Part shown: piece by piece, positions 24,757 through 32,700 of the stretch
Position numbering within the stretch: the first letter of the stretch is position 1
Layout of the letters: each line of letters opens with the position of its first letter
Assembly (NCBI GenBank): GCA_903861205.1
Contig: CAIOTC010000017.1
Location: 1-42,525, forward strand
Origin: an uncultured bacterium
GTDB lineage: Bacteria; Patescibacteriota; Minisyncoccia; Phycocordibacterales; DATDWN01
DNA length: 42,525 nucleotides
Reading direction: 5' to 3'
The notes under the pieces: generated by a model
Database searches by the model: none
What the model was told of the DNA's origin: nothing
The model's input: only the letters and a program-made list of their open reading frames with translations
Position numbers and translations under genes: made by a program

Positions 24757-25449
24757 CTAATTCCACCCGCGAGATTTCAGTGCCTCGCGCGCTGCAGACT
24801 GCTCCGCATCTTGTTTTGAATCCCCTTCGCCTTGTGCCACCAGTTCCTTGCCGACATAGACGCCGACGGTGAATTTTTTTTCGTGATCCGGGCCGGACTC
24901 TTTCACTGTTTTGTAGGACGGAGTGATGCCGTCGAATTCCTGGGCTTTTTCCTGGAACAAACTTTTGGCATCAATCCATGAACCCGCAGAAATAATCCCT
25001 TCAATGAGCGGAGTAAATTCCCGTTCAATAAATGATTTTGAAATATCATAACCTTGATCAAGATAAACCGCACCGATAAAAGCTTCCAGCGTGTTGGCTA
25101 AAATGTATTGTCGCGCCCGGCCATTGTCCTTGCTTTCGCCTTTGGACAAAAGCAAATATTCATTCATGCCAAGCTTGGTGGCAATGTCAGAACACGTCAC
25201 AGCATTGACCAGGGACGATCGATAAGCGGTCAAATCACCTTCAGTTTTTGTCGGATATTTTTGGTAGAGAAAATCGGTAATGACCAGCTCCAAAACAGCG
25301 TCACCCAAAAACTCCAGGCGCTCATTGTGCGAAAGTCCCGAATTTTTGTTTTCGTTTATATATGAGCGGTGCACGAAGGCCTGAGTCAAAAGGTTTTGAT
25401 CTTTAAACTCCACTCCTGCGCGCTTCTGGAATTCTGTAAAATCGTTCAT
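24757..25449 (-). CDS. rnc: Ribonuclease III. Start moved to MNDFTEF.
   Basis: The RNase III signature NERLEFLGDAVLE and a C-terminal dsRBD (FTVGVYVGKELVAQGEGDSKQDAEQSAAREAL) are present. Confidence 0.9.
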   Translation of the reverse strand: MNDFTEFQKRAGVEFKDQNLLTQAFVHRSYINENKNSGLSHNERLEFLGDAVLELVITDFLYQKYPTKTEGDLTAYRSSLVNAVTCSDIATKLGMNEYLLLSKGESKDNGRARQYILANTLEAFIGAVYLDQGYDISKSFIEREFTPLIEGIISAGSWIDAKSLFQEKAQEFDGITPSYKTVKESGPDHEKKFTVGVYVGKELVAQGEGDSKQDAEQSAAREALKSRGWN

Positions 25450-25467
25450 ACACGGAGTATAACACAC

Positions 25468-25540
25468 AAATTTTCAATTTACAATTTCAAATTTTCAATG
25501 AATTTCCCAATGAACCAATTTTCAAAAATTCTTCAATCTA
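25468..25540. repeat. AT-rich hairpin family W, partial copy 1 (upstream of rnc)
   Basis: The sequence ttttcaatgaatttcccaatgaaccaatt matches the centres of the copies at 26780, 34033 and 34512. Confidence 0.6.
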
Positions 25541-25629
25541 CGCTATAGCTGAGATTAAAAAGTTTGCTCACACCAGGGTAGACCGTTGCTGTGCCGTTGA
25601 CTACCCTGGTGAGAGCTCCAAAAAACAGC

Positions 25630-25828
25630 AAAAATAATTAGCAGAATTTCGTCGATGTCGTTTCGTTTTCGGAGCATCCACAGCCCGCGAGCATGGTTTT
25701 GTCAACGACCCCGCCTTCGGGGTGGGGCTCATTGACAAATCGCGGGCGAGGACAGAGAAAATTTTTCGCCGGAAAATTTTCGTCTCCGAAAAGGAAACAA
25801 CTCGTAAGAAATTCTGCTAATTATTTTT
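25630..25828. repeat. Family L element copy 5 (long form)
   Basis: Perfect 21-nt outer arms aaaaataattagcagaatttc / gaaattctgctaattattttt overlap the nusB stop codon. The core shares ccttttcggagacgaaa, ttctctgtcctcg, gatttgtcaatgagcccc, ggggtcgttgacaaaaccatgctcg and ggatgctccgaaaa with 37952-38184. Confidence 0.85.
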
Positions 25829-26711
25829 TCAAAAGTATGTTTATCGCTTTTGTTACCAGCGGAAGAATATCATTGTAAAAATTGAGATCGAGGATGTCGC
25901 CCATTTTGAACCATTTGGCGTCGTCGAGGCCGCCGGATTTGGCAAGTTTGAGATCGACAAATGACGACTCCACCAAAAAGTAAGCCACATGTTTTTTGAT
26001 TTTGCCTTTTTCGGGATGATAAGTGACATACTCATTTTCGCCAAGTTTTTCTTTGATTTCCACATCGAGGCCGATTTCGTCTTTGATTACTTTTTGAACT
26101 TCAGCTTGCGGGTCGGAGCCTTCCACATGGCCCTTTGAAAGCGTCCAGCGGCCGAAAACGTCGTGAACAAGAGCTAGGTAAATATCGTCACCGGCTCGCG
26201 CAAAAACCACCGCGCCGGCCAGGTATTCAATCGGCACGTTCGCGGGAATTACTTTGTTTTTTTTATCCTTGCTAGTTTCGTCCTTGCCCGGTTCGCCAAG
26301 CTCTTTGTAAACCGCGCCGAGCACGCCGTTGACGAACTTGCTCGATGTCTCGCCGCCGAAACTTTTTGACAATTCAATCGCTTCGTTGATGGCCACCTTT
26401 GGCGGAACTTGCGAGTGGTCGGAAAAAAGCAGTTCGTACAAACCGATGCGCAAAATGTTTCTGTCCATCACACTGATCTTGTCGATTGGCCAGTCCGGCG
26501 CCGCTTTTTCGATGACCAAATCCAAATCTTTTTGTTTGTCCAAAACGCCATTGAGCAGATTTTCCATAAACGAAAAATCGCCCATACCGGGAGCGAATTC
26601 CTCTGCGTTGCGAGCAAAAATTTCCGAAGCCTCTTTTGAGCTTTTTTTGTTGAAGTCCCATTCAAATAGGGACTGCAGAACTATGCTTCTGGAAAGGTGC
26701 CTGTTAGCCAT
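25821..26711 (-). CDS. nusB: NusB antitermination factor fused to a C-terminal NUDIX-fold domain
   Basis: The N-terminal ~150 aa are NusB (RSIVLQSLFEWDF, AINEAIELSKSFGGETSSKFVNGVLG). The C-terminal ~140 aa have a NUDIX-like fold signature (GRWTLSKGHVEGSDPQAEVQKVIKDEIGL) with a degenerate Nudix box. Confidence 0.75.
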   Translation of the reverse strand: MANRHLSRSIVLQSLFEWDFNKKSSKEASEIFARNAEEFAPGMGDFSFMENLLNGVLDKQKDLDLVIEKAAPDWPIDKISVMDRNILRIGLYELLFSDHSQVPPKVAINEAIELSKSFGGETSSKFVNGVLGAVYKELGEPGKDETSKDKKNKVIPANVPIEYLAGAVVFARAGDDIYLALVHDVFGRWTLSKGHVEGSDPQAEVQKVIKDEIGLDVEIKEKLGENEYVTYHPEKGKIKKHVAYFLVESSFVDLKLAKSGGLDDAKWFKMGDILDLNFYNDILPLVTKAINILLKK

Positions 26712-26779
26712 GTCTTACAATATAGTGTATCAAATGACAGATATGATATCAACAAACAAGAATTGCGAACTGAACCGAA

Positions 26780-26892
26780 CAATTTCCAATGATCAATTTT
26801 CAATTTTCAATGAATTTTACAATGAACCAATCGTCCAATTGAAGAATTGATTCATTTATTGGAAATTGAAAATTGTTACTTGAAAATTTCCT
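26780..26892. repeat. Family W hairpin copy 2 (between the nusB start and the rpmF stop)
   Basis: The arms are caattttcaattttcaatgaat / attcatttattggaaattgaaaattg. The centre is caatgaaccaatcgtccaattgaagaattg. Confidence 0.75.
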
Positions 26893-27120
26893 TTATCTTC
26901 CTTCCTTCTGATTTGCTTTTGCTTTCTTTGTTCGTTTTTCGATTTTTGCCTGCACGTCCAAAACCTGTCGGCCTTTGTACTGGCCGGTCACTAAAGAAGC
27001 TCGGTGCCGCAAGTGCGGAACACTGGAATTTTTGTCCATGGTGACAGCCGGGTTCGACAATCTGTGATGAGATCGCGTGTTGCCTCGCTGGCTCCTGTTG
27101 TGTCGCATTCGTACTACCAT
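26893..27120 (-). CDS. rpmF: 50S ribosomal protein L32. Start moved to MVVRMRH.
   Basis: MVVRMRHNRSQRGNTRSHHRL...HLRHRASLVTGQYKGRQV matches the L32 pattern (R.sk.r...RRsH..l........c...Ge..l.H). Confidence 0.8.
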   Translation of the reverse strand: MVVRMRHNRSQRGNTRSHHRLSNPAVTMDKNSSVPHLRHRASLVTGQYKGRQVLDVQAKIEKRTKKAKANQKEGR

Positions 27121-27257
27121 ATAACAGAACATTATCATGTTTGTCTTAAAAACACAAGCGTGCCAGTTATTGATTTATTCGTCATTTTGATTTCCTTAAT
27201 TTTTAATTTCTAATTTATAATTTTTAAATAATTTCAAAAATAATATAATTTTTAAGT

Positions 27258-27287
27258 AAAAAAAGAACTGCGGATGGTTTCCGCAGC
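27258..27287 (-). terminator. Terminator after the 75-aa hypothetical gene
   Basis: The minus strand reads ctgcgga-aacca-tccgcag followed by ttcttttttt. Confidence 0.6.
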
Positions 27288-27514
27288 TAATTCAGAACAC
27301 GTTTTCTTTTTGGAGCATTTTTTGCAGGTTTTATATCATGAAAAACGAAAAGTGGAACATAACCGTCCCAAAGATTGCCACTGGAAGTCGTCCCACGCGC
27401 AGTGTGTTTTTTCAAAAAATCTTCAGCTTTCTCCACCACTTGTTTTTTGTTTTTACCTTTGATCGGTTCCAAATGCCGACCTTCGTAATTTTCATATGAC
27501 AAAAGAGCTTTCAT
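27287..27514 (-). CDS. Hypothetical small protein (75 aa)
   Basis: A strong RBS (AGGAGG, 7 nt upstream of the ATG) and its own terminator are present. I recognised no family. Confidence 0.55.
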   Translation of the reverse strand: MKALLSYENYEGRHLEPIKGKNKKQVVEKAEDFLKKHTARGTTSSGNLWDGYVPLFVFHDIKPAKNAPKRKRVLN

Positions 27515-27579
27515 AAAAAAACCTCCTGTTTCAGTTTATAGAAAAATAATATTAAAGTCAAAAAAAAGCGCGACATGTT

Positions 27580-27876
27580 TTAGGCATGGGCGCTATGGGT
27601 ATTTTTGCCATCGGTCATTTTCCACAAATAAGCTAGAAACGGTTTCTGGCATTGAAAACATTCCTTGCCAGCTTCTTCGATGTGAGCCTCAAACCCCGGA
27701 TATTTATCCGGATAACCACAATATCTTCTGAACAACTCCCTGCCCTCGACGCACATTTTGCTTCTGACTGTCGATAAGCCGGATGAGTTACTCCCACCGA
27801 CCAAAAGAAAACGAAACTGCGACATCCTTGTTCTGTACTCGGAATCATTTCTCAAAGAAATAACATGAGCAGACAT
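27580..27876 (-). CDS. Hypothetical Cys-containing protein (98 aa). Start moved to MSAHVISL behind the RBS GGAGGG.
   Basis: The RBS cggagggctttATG is present. The sequence contains C..x..C and CFQC motifs. I recognised no family. Confidence 0.5.
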   Translation of the reverse strand: MSAHVISLRNDSEYRTRMSQFRFLLVGGSNSSGLSTVRSKMCVEGRELFRRYCGYPDKYPGFEAHIEEAGKECFQCQKPFLAYLWKMTDGKNTHSAHA

Positions 27877-28010
27877 AAAGCCCTCCGATTTAAGAATACG
27901 CTTCATAAATAGCAAAAACAATTTACTTGTGGATAAATCCACACACTAATTTTGCCATCGCTTCACCGTGTTTTTAAAAAAAACACAATGGCAAATTTAG
28001 TGTGCGGATA

Positions 28011-28047
28011 AATATAAAAGCGCCAGTGATTTGAAACCACAGGCGCC
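28011..28047 (-). terminator. Terminator after the 78-aa hypothetical gene
   Basis: The minus strand reads ggcgcc-tgtggtttcaaatcact-ggcgc followed by ttttat. Confidence 0.5.
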
Positions 28048-28076
28048 TGATGAGAGCTAAATTACAACTAGCTGAA

Positions 28077-28313
28077 TCAGCTACAGAGAAAAGTTACAAA
28101 AACATCTCGACACTTTTTACAATGCACGGCATGGTGGGGAAATCCTCGATTCGCCTGCGGATTCTCGCAGTAGGAAAGGTACAACACTCTCCCTTCCTCA
28201 CAAAAACCTGCGGATTCTGCCGATGTTCTCTCTTCCAGATCCCGGTAGAGAAAGAACTCCCTCAACTTGCGCGCGATTTTGTCTAGAGTTGGTTGTGGTT
28301 GCAGTCCAGTCAT
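28077..28313 (-). CDS. Hypothetical Cys/His-rich small protein (78 aa)
   Basis: The RBS AAGGAGG lies 5 nt upstream of the ATG. The C-terminal part reads C..x12..C...HH.VHCKKC. I recognised no family. Confidence 0.55.
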   Translation of the reverse strand: MTGLQPQPTLDKIARKLREFFLYRDLEERTSAESAGFCEEGRVLYLSYCENPQANRGFPHHAVHCKKCRDVFVTFLCS

Positions 28314-28355
28314 GTATAGCCTCCTTTTTCAGAGTACAGAATTGAACAACAAAAG

Positions 28356-29048
28356 TCAAACCAGGTTTTTGCAAAAAGATTTGCGATGAAAAAGGGAGAG
28401 ACCGTGAGTTTGAATGGCAGTGCGATGCGCGAGCGTGCCATAACCTTTGTGAATATGAAAATTGTAAAGCGGATATTTTTTGCTCGCTTTGCACATTAGT
28501 TTGTCACGCGAAACTTTTGCCAAAATCGACGCCCAGGCGATAATTTTTTCTTTTTCGTCGCCTTTTATAATAGTAAATTGTTTTACTTGTTTAACAGAAT
28601 ATCCGTTTGTAAGTTCAGCTGGAACTTTTAATCCCCCATCTAATAAAATTTTTAATTTAAAATTTTTAATTTTTAAATAATTTTTAATGTCTAAATTTCC
28701 AAAACCTTTTGCAATGGCTTTTTTGATGCATTTGGAAATTCCGATTTTGTCGATTTCTTTGTTTGAGATATGAACAATTTGAGCTTGCAGAAGGGCACCT
28801 TCTGCAGAATTCGTGCAGAAGGTGCCCTTCTGCAACTGTTCCAAGACTTTTGCATACTTCTCGCGAGATTCCGGAGAAAGTTTTTTGCTGTCTTTGCCGA
28901 GTGGTGGCAAACGCCCCGCCACACCGGCGGGCAAGTTGTTTCGCTTCAGTTTGGCGTACAATTTTTCCTCACACATCACAATCCCCACCGTCACAGGCCC
29001 TGCCAATGGTCCCCTCCCAACTTCGTCAATGCCGATAATGTAGTTCAT
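28356..29048 (-). CDS. rnhB: Ribonuclease HII. Start moved to MNYIIGIDEVGRGPLAGPV.
   Basis: GIDEVGRGPLAGPV, DSKKLS and ASILAKVSRD are RNase HII motifs. The gene carries a 51-nt double hairpin and an AT-rich in-frame block. Confidence 0.9.
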   Translation of the reverse strand: MNYIIGIDEVGRGPLAGPVTVGIVMCEEKLYAKLKRNNLPAGVAGRLPPLGKDSKKLSPESREKYAKVLEQLQKGTFCTNSAEGALLQAQIVHISNKEIDKIGISKCIKKAIAKGFGNLDIKNYLKIKNFKLKILLDGGLKVPAELTNGYSVKQVKQFTIIKGDEKEKIIAWASILAKVSRDKLMCKASKKYPLYNFHIHKGYGTLAHRTAIQTHGLSLFHRKSFCKNLV

Positions 29049-29076
29049 AAAAATAGAGTTTACGCATTTGTGCACC

Positions 29077-29172
29077 ATTCTCCCTTTCATAAAGGGAGTG
29101 GCCGAAGGCCGAGGGATTTTTTGATTTCAAAATCCTCCGCCCTGCGGGCACCTCCTTTAAGAAAGGAGGATT
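29077..29172. repeat. Gene-less pair of family-U units (reverse then forward orientation, 12-nt spacer)
   Basis: The sequence is attctccctttcataaagggagtggccgaaggccgagggatt - ttttgatttcaa - aatcctccgccctgcgggcacctcctttaagaaaggaggatt. Confidence 0.8.
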
Positions 29173-29248
29173 AATGCGTGAGCTATTAAAGAATATCTTA
29201 TCACAAAAATAAAAGCCCCGGCGTTTCCGCGCGGGACTGTACAACTTT

Positions 29249-29659
29249 TTATTTAATCTGATCAATAATAGAAAAAACTTCTCCTTCACCATCGTAACTT
29301 CTTTTACTACCCCTGACACCTACACGTGCGACTTCTCTCAATAATTTGTGTCCTTCTACCGAAAAAGTCACGGCAATCGATTGAGTTTCCCAGTCCTTAT
29401 GAGCAGGATCATATGACACATATACACCGAATGTCTGATTATCTTTCAGATAATCCCATAATCCAATTCTTCCGCCTTTCACATTGTATAACTCAAATGC
29501 CTGACGGATTGCCAATTTTACAGCGGCGTTTTCCGTTTTTAAATTGATAACTTCACTTTTCTTGTTGGTGACCTCAACGTCTTTTTTTATCAAGACTCCT
29601 ACTACCAGCAAATTTGTGATTATCATAGTAAGAACCAGAGCAGCGACTGTTTTACTCAT
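29249..29659 (-). CDS. Hypothetical membrane-anchored protein (136 aa, N-terminal TM helix)
   Basis: AALVLTMIITNLLVVGVLI forms the TM helix. I recognised no family. Confidence 0.5.
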   Translation of the reverse strand: MSKTVAALVLTMIITNLLVVGVLIKKDVEVTNKKSEVINLKTENAAVKLAIRQAFELYNVKGGRIGLWDYLKDNQTFGVYVSYDPAHKDWETQSIAVTFSVEGHKLLREVARVGVRGSKRSYDGEGEVFSIIDQIK

Positions 29660-29750
29660 TCAAAGGAGCTCCTATCTCCACAAGATAATATATATTATTG
29701 TTATACTTTGTCAAGCGAGCGGAAAAGTGAAAATTTGGTACAATGTTGGC

Positions 29751-32700
29751 ATGTCAAAGTTTATCCACTTACATACTCACAGTCATTACAGCTTGCTCAA
29801 TGCCCTGCCGAAACTCGACGAGCTGGTCAAGACTGCCAAGAAGATGGGAATGGCTTCGCTGGCTTTGACCGACAACGGCAATCTGTACGGCGCCATTGAG
29901 TTTTACAAGGAATGCCAGAAACACGAGGTCAAGCCGATCATTGGCGTCGACGCTTATGTCGCCTACCGTTCGCGAAATGACAAACAAGCCGGCATCGACA
30001 AGGAACGCTATCGACTAGTCCTACTGGCCGAAAACGAAACCGGTTACAAAAATTTGATCCAACTCGTCACCATTTCCCACCTGGAAGGTTTTTATTACAA
30101 ACCGCGTGTGGACAAAGAAATTTTGGAAAAATATCACGAGGGACTGATCGCTATCGCACCGTCATTTTCGAACGACATTTCACAATCGCTGGAAACGATG
30201 CATGTGGAGCAGGCGATGGAGCGACTGGAGTGGTACAAGAAAGTCTTTAACAAAAAATCCAACAAGGGGGACCCTTGTGGTTCAGGATTACAAGGGTCCC
30301 CCTTGTTGGACCAAAGTCAGACCTCGGGGAACTTCTTCATTGAAATCACCCACCATCCTGAAATAAAAGGTCACGAGGAAAAAATGAAAAAACTTTTGGA
30401 CTTCGCTAGGCAAACGAACACACCGATTGTGGCGGCGCATGATGTCTATTATATGAATCCCGAGGACCGAGCCGCTCGCGAGACACTCATGGCTGTCATG
30501 AACAACGGCGACATATCCGACAAGTTGGACGAAAAAACGGACGACTTTTCATTCATTTCGCCGGAAACTGCCGAAAAATATTTCAAAAATTTGCCTGACG
30601 CGCTTGAAAACACCGAAAAAATCGCCGAGAGATGCAACTTGAAACTCGAACTGGGCAAATGGGTTTTCCCGAATTACATTTTGGATAGCGGACTTTCATA
30701 TGACGAGGAACTTCGCAAGGAAGCGCTGGCCGGTTTCGAAAAACGCGGGCTTTCGCAAACAGCCGAGGAAATGGAGCGCATGGAGTATGAATTGAAAGTG
30801 ATCAAGGACAAAGGTTACTCGCCATACTTTTTGGTGGTGGCGGACCTGCTTCGCTTTTCGGAAGAAAATGGAATTTTCACAAACATCAGAGGTTCGGTGG
30901 CCGGCTCTCTCGTCACCTACCTGACCGGCGTCACCAAAGTCAATCCACTGGTTTACAAAATTCCGTTTGAAAGATTTCTCAACCCAGAGCGTCCGTCGGC
31001 GCCCGACATCGACATGGACTACGCCGACAACCGTCGCGACGAGGTGATTGATTACGCTCGTCGAAAATACGGCGTGAACAACGTTGCCCAAATCGGTACG
31101 TTCGGTACGATGGCCGCCCGCGGATCCGTGCGCGACGTCACTCGCGCCATGGGTTTTGCCTACTCGCTCGGAGACTCGATTGCCAAACTGATTCCGATGG
31201 GCGCGCAGGGATTTCCCATGACCATCGACCGCGCTCTCAAAGAAGTGCCGGAGTTGAAAGAATTGTACAAAACTCAGGCCGATGTCAAAAAAATAATCGA
31301 CATGGCCAAAAAAATCGAGGGTTGTGCCCGCCACATCTCGGTGCACGCTGCCGGCGTAGTTATTTCGCCCACAACGCTGACCGATTTCGTTCCGCTTCAG
31401 TACGATACCAAAGGCGACAACAAAATCATCACACAGTACGACATGCACGCCGTCGAGGACGCCGGGCTTTTGAAGTTTGACTTTCTCGGCATCAGAAACC
31501 TTTCCATTTTGGCCGACGCCGTTCATCGCGTCGAAGCGATTGAAGGCAAAAAAATCGACATCGAACAAATTCCGCTCGACGACAAAAAAACTTTCGACAT
31601 GCTCACTCGTGGAGAAACGATCGGACTTTTCCAGCTCAACGGCGACGGTATGACGAGATGGTTGAAAGAACTCAAACCGACAACCATTTTCGATATCAAC
31701 GCCATGGTCGCTTTGTACCGACCCGGCCCGATGGAGTGCATTCCGCAATACATCGAGCGCAAACATGATCCGAAAAAAATAAAATTTCTTGATCCGCGAA
31801 TGAAAACGATTTTGGATCAATCATTCGGCGTCATCACTTACCAGGACGACGTGCTCATGTGCGCCATCAAACTCGGCGGATATTCCTGGCTCGAAGCCGA
31901 CAAACTGCGTAAAGCCATGGGCAAGAAAATTCCGGCTGTTATGCAGGCCGAGAAAGAAAAACTTCTGGCCGGACTTTTGAAAAATGGAATGTCGCCAGAA
32001 AAAGCGGACGAGCTGTGGAAGTTGATTGAGCCGTTTGCCGCCTACGGTTTCGGCAAAGCGCACGCCGCCAGCTATGGACGCGTGGCTTACCAAACTTCGT
32101 ACATGAAAGCCAACTTCCCTGCTATATATATGTCAGCCGTTCTGACTGCCGAGTCGGGCGACGTGGAAAAAGTGGCCGAAATCATTGGAGAGTGCAAGCG
32201 TATGAAAATTCCCGTTTTACCACCGGATATAAATCAGTCGTTCGGCGGGTTCAGTGTGGTGAAAGGCAAAAAAAGGGTGCCCCTTTTAAATCCTGACGAA
32301 AAGGGGCACCCTTTTTCTGATTCCGAATCAGACAAAATCAGATTTGGATTGACCACCATTAAAAATTTCGGTGAGGGAATCGGCGCGTCGATTATTGCCG
32401 AAAGAAAAGCGAACGGCGAATTCAAATCGCTTTCCGATTTTCTGCGCCGGATCAAAGATAAAAACTTGAACAAAAAATCGCTCGAGTCGCTCATCAAAGC
32501 CGGCGCGATGGATCGGTTCGGCGAACGCGCCACGCTTCTTTACAACTTGGAAACGTTGCTCGCCTTCAACAAAGAAGAACGAGCCAAGGAAACGGACCAG
32601 ACTTCCCTTTTCGGACTTTTGTCGGAGCCGGAAAAAGCGAGCGAAATTCATTTGGAAAAAGCACCGGTTTCAAATCCGGCCGATGCTTTGTTGTGGGAAA

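Noticed and set aside
27928-28011. A chromosomal replication origin inferred from DnaA-box 9-mers (also TTATCCACA at 36544-36552).
   Set aside because: There are only 2-3 boxes, embedded in a hairpin-type inverted repeat. No dnaA or dnaN gene is adjacent and no AT-rich unwinding element can be separated from the generally AT-rich spacers.
29026-29319. A 97-aa ORF spanning the family-U repeat pair, and ORFs 15179-15656 spanning the tRNA-Trp region.
   Set aside because: They are translations of repeat units or the tRNA. The peptide NPSAFGHSL recurs wherever the unit occurs.
29544-29750. N-terminal extensions in the ORF track for dnaE, and likewise for dprA (3674-3892), miaA (12748-12906), ybeY (34098-34142), rpsU (33754-33783), the XRE gene (41593-41613), rnhB, rnc, rpmG, rpmF and dus.
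   Set aside because: The extensions read through repeat elements, terminator hairpins or the neighbouring gene's region. The conserved protein N-termini begin at internal ATGs.
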